From a virus: 64,000 nt of DNA. Positions within the stretch are counted from its first letter, which is position 1. Each line of letters opens with the position of its first letter. The position numbers and the translations under genes were made by a program. The stretch lies in the IMG/VR virus record IMGVR_UViG_3300032220_001630, positions 1 to 64,000 of that record, one strand, 5' to 3'. A model generated the notes under the pieces. It was not told the DNA's origin. It did not search any database and saw only the letters and a program-made list of their open reading frames with translations. Shown in pieces: positions 60,580-64,000 of the stretch.

Positions 60580-61251
60580 ATGGTTATAGGAAATGGCCTA
60601 CTGGCAAGAAAGTTCCAAGGAATTGACAATGTTATTGTTTTTGCTTCCGGAGTTTCAGACTCTTCAGAAACCGACCAGAAAGAATTTGAAAGAGAAAAAA
60701 AACTCCTTTTAAAGGTAATAGAATCGAACTCTTGTGTTCCTCTTGTTTATTTCAGTTCTGTTTCAATATTAACCCAATCTTCACCATATATCTTACACAA
60801 GAAAGAAATGGAACAAATCATACAAGGATTAGGGATTAATTATTGGATATTTAGACTTCCCCAAATTGTTGGCTTTGGCGGATGCAAAAGAAATCTTATA
60901 AATTTTATTCTTGGTAAGATAATGTCAGGAGATGAAATACAAATTTATGACACAAAAAGAAGTATATTGGACGTTGATGACGCTAGGAGTATTGTTGAGT
61001 ATATCATACAAAACTTTGAACCTAATAAAATTTTAAATGTTGGCGGGGTGCAAGCTTTGAAGGTTCATGATATTGTTGACATTTTAGAATCTTTAACTGG
61101 AAATAAACCCATAGTAAACAAAATCAAGAAAGAATGTTTAGATCAATCTACTGTTAATTCGGAAGAAGTTGAACAAGCAATCAGCTTTCTGGGAATAAAA
61201 ACTGAATTTTACATTAAAAAAACTTTAGCTAAATATGTTGCACATTACTGA
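60580..61251 (+). CDS. NAD-dependent epimerase/dehydratase-like protein
   Basis: 'IGNGLLA', 'FASGVS.S', 'YFSS', 'Y..HK..ME', 'FRLPQIVG'. Confidence 0.75.
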   Translation: MVIGNGLLARKFQGIDNVIVFASGVSDSSETDQKEFEREKKLLLKVIESNSCVPLVYFSSVSILTQSSPYILHKKEMEQIIQGLGINYWIFRLPQIVGFGGCKRNLINFILGKIMSGDEIQIYDTKRSILDVDDARSIVEYIIQNFEPNKILNVGGVQALKVHDIVDILESLTGNKPIVNKIKKECLDQSTVNSEEVEQAISFLGIKTEFYIKKTLAKYVAHY

Positions 61252-62152
61252 AGAAACACACCACGACCTATATTATAATGTAGAAAAATGTGTGGAGTAT
61301 TGTAGACAAATTAAGACATCTGTTCGCAAGGAAATAACTGAATATCACATGTTTTGGAATGTCGGTTTACCATTCGAGAGAAAACAAATTTTATCTATAA
61401 AATCATATCTTTGTACTCAAGATCTTAAGAATACACGATTAAACATATGGTCAAATGTAGACCTAAGGTCGAATCATTTTTTGTTGCCTTTTCTCCCTTA
61501 TATAAATTTTAAAATATGGGATCCTATCAAAGAAGCACGAGGAACTGAATTGGAAGGGAGGTTAGATGTTCTTCTAGTAAAAGACGACTTAAACTATTCT
61601 GCGGGGGATCTTTTCAGAATTTTGGTTTTGCATAATTATGGAGGATTATACGTAGATTTTGATGTCGTTTTTTTAAGGGATTTCTCCCCTATTCTTGATC
61701 AAGAATTTATGTATAAATGGTCCTTCCAAGAAGAAATGATAAATGGTGCTGTGATGAGGATGTTTAAAGGTAGTAAACTTTCTAAGGATCTTTTAAAAGA
61801 AATAGCAAAAGGTGAAGTTTATTCTGGAACTGTTAATTGGTCAACAGTTTTATATCAAAAAGTTAGATCTTATAATAAGGATTGGACAGTTTTCCCTTGT
61901 GCGTTCTTTAATACTGAGTGGCAAATTAAATTAACAGAGGAACAAAAAAACAACGACCCCGAATATAGGGAATTAGTTAATTTTATTCTTTATCCTTTCA
62001 AAAAAACAGAATGGAGTTCAAAATTGATGTATGAGGGGGTATTCAGTTGGCATTGGCATAACAACTGGAATGCAGAAATTGAAATAGGAAGTAAGTGGCA
62101 AATTTTAGAAGATAAATTTAACAATGAAATCAAAACAAAATTTAAAATTTGA
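61235..62152 (+). CDS. GT32-like DxD glycosyltransferase
   Basis: 'DLFR..VL..YGGLYVDFD', 'HWHN.W'. Confidence 0.8.
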   Translation: MLHITEETHHDLYYNVEKCVEYCRQIKTSVRKEITEYHMFWNVGLPFERKQILSIKSYLCTQDLKNTRLNIWSNVDLRSNHFLLPFLPYINFKIWDPIKEARGTELEGRLDVLLVKDDLNYSAGDLFRILVLHNYGGLYVDFDVVFLRDFSPILDQEFMYKWSFQEEMINGAVMRMFKGSKLSKDLLKEIAKGEVYSGTVNWSTVLYQKVRSYNKDWTVFPCAFFNTEWQIKLTEEQKNNDPEYRELVNFILYPFKKTEWSSKLMYEGVFSWHWHNNWNAEIEIGSKWQILEDKFNNEIKTKFKI

Positions 62153-62705
62153 TATCGATAAAAAGTATTTAACAATGTTTACGTCAGATAAAGAGGTAAA
62201 CCAGCTTGGATGGGGATCGATACATTCTCAAAATAGTAGATTTGAAATACTCCTACAGATTAGAGGATACAACCAAAACGATACGGTATTAGATGTTGGG
62301 TGTGGATACGGGGATCTTTGTAAATATATTCAAAATTATACTGGTATAGATCTGAGAGCATCTGCAATAGACAAGGCTAAAAATAAATACCCAGGGAGGG
62401 ATTTTAAAAATTGTGAAATATATTCAATCGACGAGAAATATGACTGGGTTTTTGCATCGGGAATATTTTGTTTTGATTATGAATGGGAAAAAAATACTAA
62501 TGATTGCATAAAAAAAATGTATGAAATTTCCAAAAAAGGATTAGCCTTTAATTTCCTTTCTGACCTAAGCGAGGGCAATAGAGAAATCGGAATGAAATAT
62601 ACCAAAATAGAAGAGGCTTTACCTATTGTTTCATCATTATGTAAGAATTTTACATTTAGACACGACTATCTAAAAAACGATTTTACTGTCTATATGTACA
62701 AATAA
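62124..62705 (+). CDS. Class I SAM methyltransferase
   Basis: 'GWGS..SQ..RF', 'VLDVGCGYG', 'YTGID', 'ASGIF', 'AFNFLS'. Confidence 0.82.
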   Translation: MKSKQNLKFDIDKKYLTMFTSDKEVNQLGWGSIHSQNSRFEILLQIRGYNQNDTVLDVGCGYGDLCKYIQNYTGIDLRASAIDKAKNKYPGRDFKNCEIYSIDEKYDWVFASGIFCFDYEWEKNTNDCIKKMYEISKKGLAFNFLSDLSEGNREIGMKYTKIEEALPIVSSLCKNFTFRHDYLKNDFTVYMYK

Positions 62706-62762
62706 TTCACGTTATAGGAGGAACTATCTTTAATACATTTTATATAATTTATAAATATCGTT

Positions 62763-63689
62763 ATGATTCTTTGTATTTTTGGATCCTCTGGATTAGTAGG
62801 AAGCAATCTTTATAATAAATGTTTAGAAAAATATTCGAATTACAGAATACTTGCTCCTAAAAGATCTGATGTGGATCTTTCTAATAGGGAAGAAACCTTA
62901 TCGTATCTCCATTTTAATAAGCCCGACATAGTTTTTCTATGTGCTGCTAAAGTTGGAGGAATAAAGGCTAATAGCGATTTTAAAGCTGATTTTATAACAG
63001 AGAATATAAAAATACAATCCAATGTTATAGAGGGATGTTTTCTAGCTGGTATAAAGAAGCTAGTATTTTTAGGATCTTCTTGCATATATCCTAAGAATTG
63101 TCCTCAACCCATCAAGGAAGAATACCTCATGACTGGACCATTAGAACCTACTAACGATGCTTATGCTATTGCAAAGATATCTGGGATTAAGATGTGTCAA
63201 TCCTACAGAAGTCAATATGGATGTGATTTTATATCCGTAATGCCGTCAAATCTTTATGGTCCTGGTGATAATTTCGATCTTAATTCGAGTCATGTATTGC
63301 CTGCTCTAATTAGAAAATTCCACGAGGCTAAAATAAAAAATAAGCCATACGTTGAGGTGTGGGGATCTGGTACACCCATGAGAGAATTTTTATATGTTGA
63401 GGATCTTGCGGATGCTTTAATTTTTCTGTCCGAAAATTATTCAGACGAGAAAATAATAAATGTTGGATCTGGAATGGACCTATCAATTAAACTTTTGTCC
63501 CATTATATACAAAAAGAAGTCGGTTATGAGGGTGATGTAGTTTTTAATAATTCTTATCCTGACGGAACAATGAGAAAGGTTATGGACTCATCCAGAATAT
63601 TCGAAATGGGATGGAGTCCTAAAATTTCATTGGAGGATGGGATTAAAAAGACATATTCCTACTATAAAGAAACATATGAACAACAATAA
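62763..63689 (+). CDS. fcl: GDP-L-fucose synthase
   Basis: [46 protein letters not shown]. Confidence 0.95.
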   Translation: MILCIFGSSGLVGSNLYNKCLEKYSNYRILAPKRSDVDLSNREETLSYLHFNKPDIVFLCAAKVGGIKANSDFKADFITENIKIQSNVIEGCFLAGIKKLVFLGSSCIYPKNCPQPIKEEYLMTGPLEPTNDAYAIAKISGIKMCQSYRSQYGCDFISVMPSNLYGPGDNFDLNSSHVLPALIRKFHEAKIKNKPYVEVWGSGTPMREFLYVEDLADALIFLSENYSDEKIINVGSGMDLSIKLLSHYIQKEVGYEGDVVFNNSYPDGTMRKVMDSSRIFEMGWSPKISLEDGIKKTYSYYKETYEQQ

Positions 63690-64000
63690 GAAAGCTATTA
63701 TAACCGGGGTTAATGGGCAGGACGGAAGCTACCTTGCTGAACTTCTTCTGAATAAAGGATATGAGGTTCATGGTACAATAAGAAGATCCTCGTCTTTTAA
63801 TACCTGGAGAATAGATCATTTAAGAAAAGATAGTAATTTTCACTGGCATTATGCTGATATAACAGACCCAGTAAGTATATCTAACCTAGTATCTTCTCTA
63901 AAACCTGACGAATTCTATAACCTTGCAGCGCAAAGCCATGTAAAGATTTCTTTTGAAATCCCATACTATACCGGACAAGTTGATGCTATAGGGACTTTAA
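63676..64000 (+). CDS. gmd: GDP-mannose 4,6-dehydratase (3'-truncated, not in the ORF track)
   Basis: [41 protein letters not shown]...[13 protein letters not shown]. Confidence 0.95.
   Translation, partial: MNNNKKAIITGVNGQDGSYLAELLLNKGYEVHGTIRRSSSFNTWRIDHLRKDSNFHWHYADITDPVSISNLVSSLKPDEFYNLAAQSHVKISFEIPYYTGQVDAIGTL

Overview
AT-rich, densely coding 64-kb segment of a large T4-like (myovirus, probably jumbo) bacteriophage in the standard genetic code. The host is probably Bacteroidota: two TAnnTTTG promoter boxes are present and starts are A-rich without Shine-Dalgarno motifs. In order the window holds: tail tube and baseplate-hub genes; dCMP deaminase, an ECF-like sigma and an exonuclease; a gp55-like late sigma, gp4, gp2 and TWO intact tandem portal paralogues; ligase, clamp loader, kinase and RNase H; a Thr-rich collagen-like fibre; a prohead protease-scaffold fusion and the major capsid protein; a block of probable internal head proteins sharing a T4-IP-like targeting motif; a kinase/AsnB pair; a RimK-protease fusion next to a poly-Glu protein; and a cluster of more than 16 kb (22 genes, truncated by the window end) for glycan synthesis and decoration. 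Signals outside the ORF track include a strong -1 frameshift cassette at 11667-11747 opening an unannotated 82-codon extension, a probable second frameshift at the gp26/gp51 junction, three promoter classes readable by eye (TAnnTTTG, GAAACTTA-N14-16-TAAAA, GATATATA), late-promoter hairpins that occlude start codons, and a nested scaffold start inside the protease gene. All family assignments come from motif recognition by eye; no searches were run.
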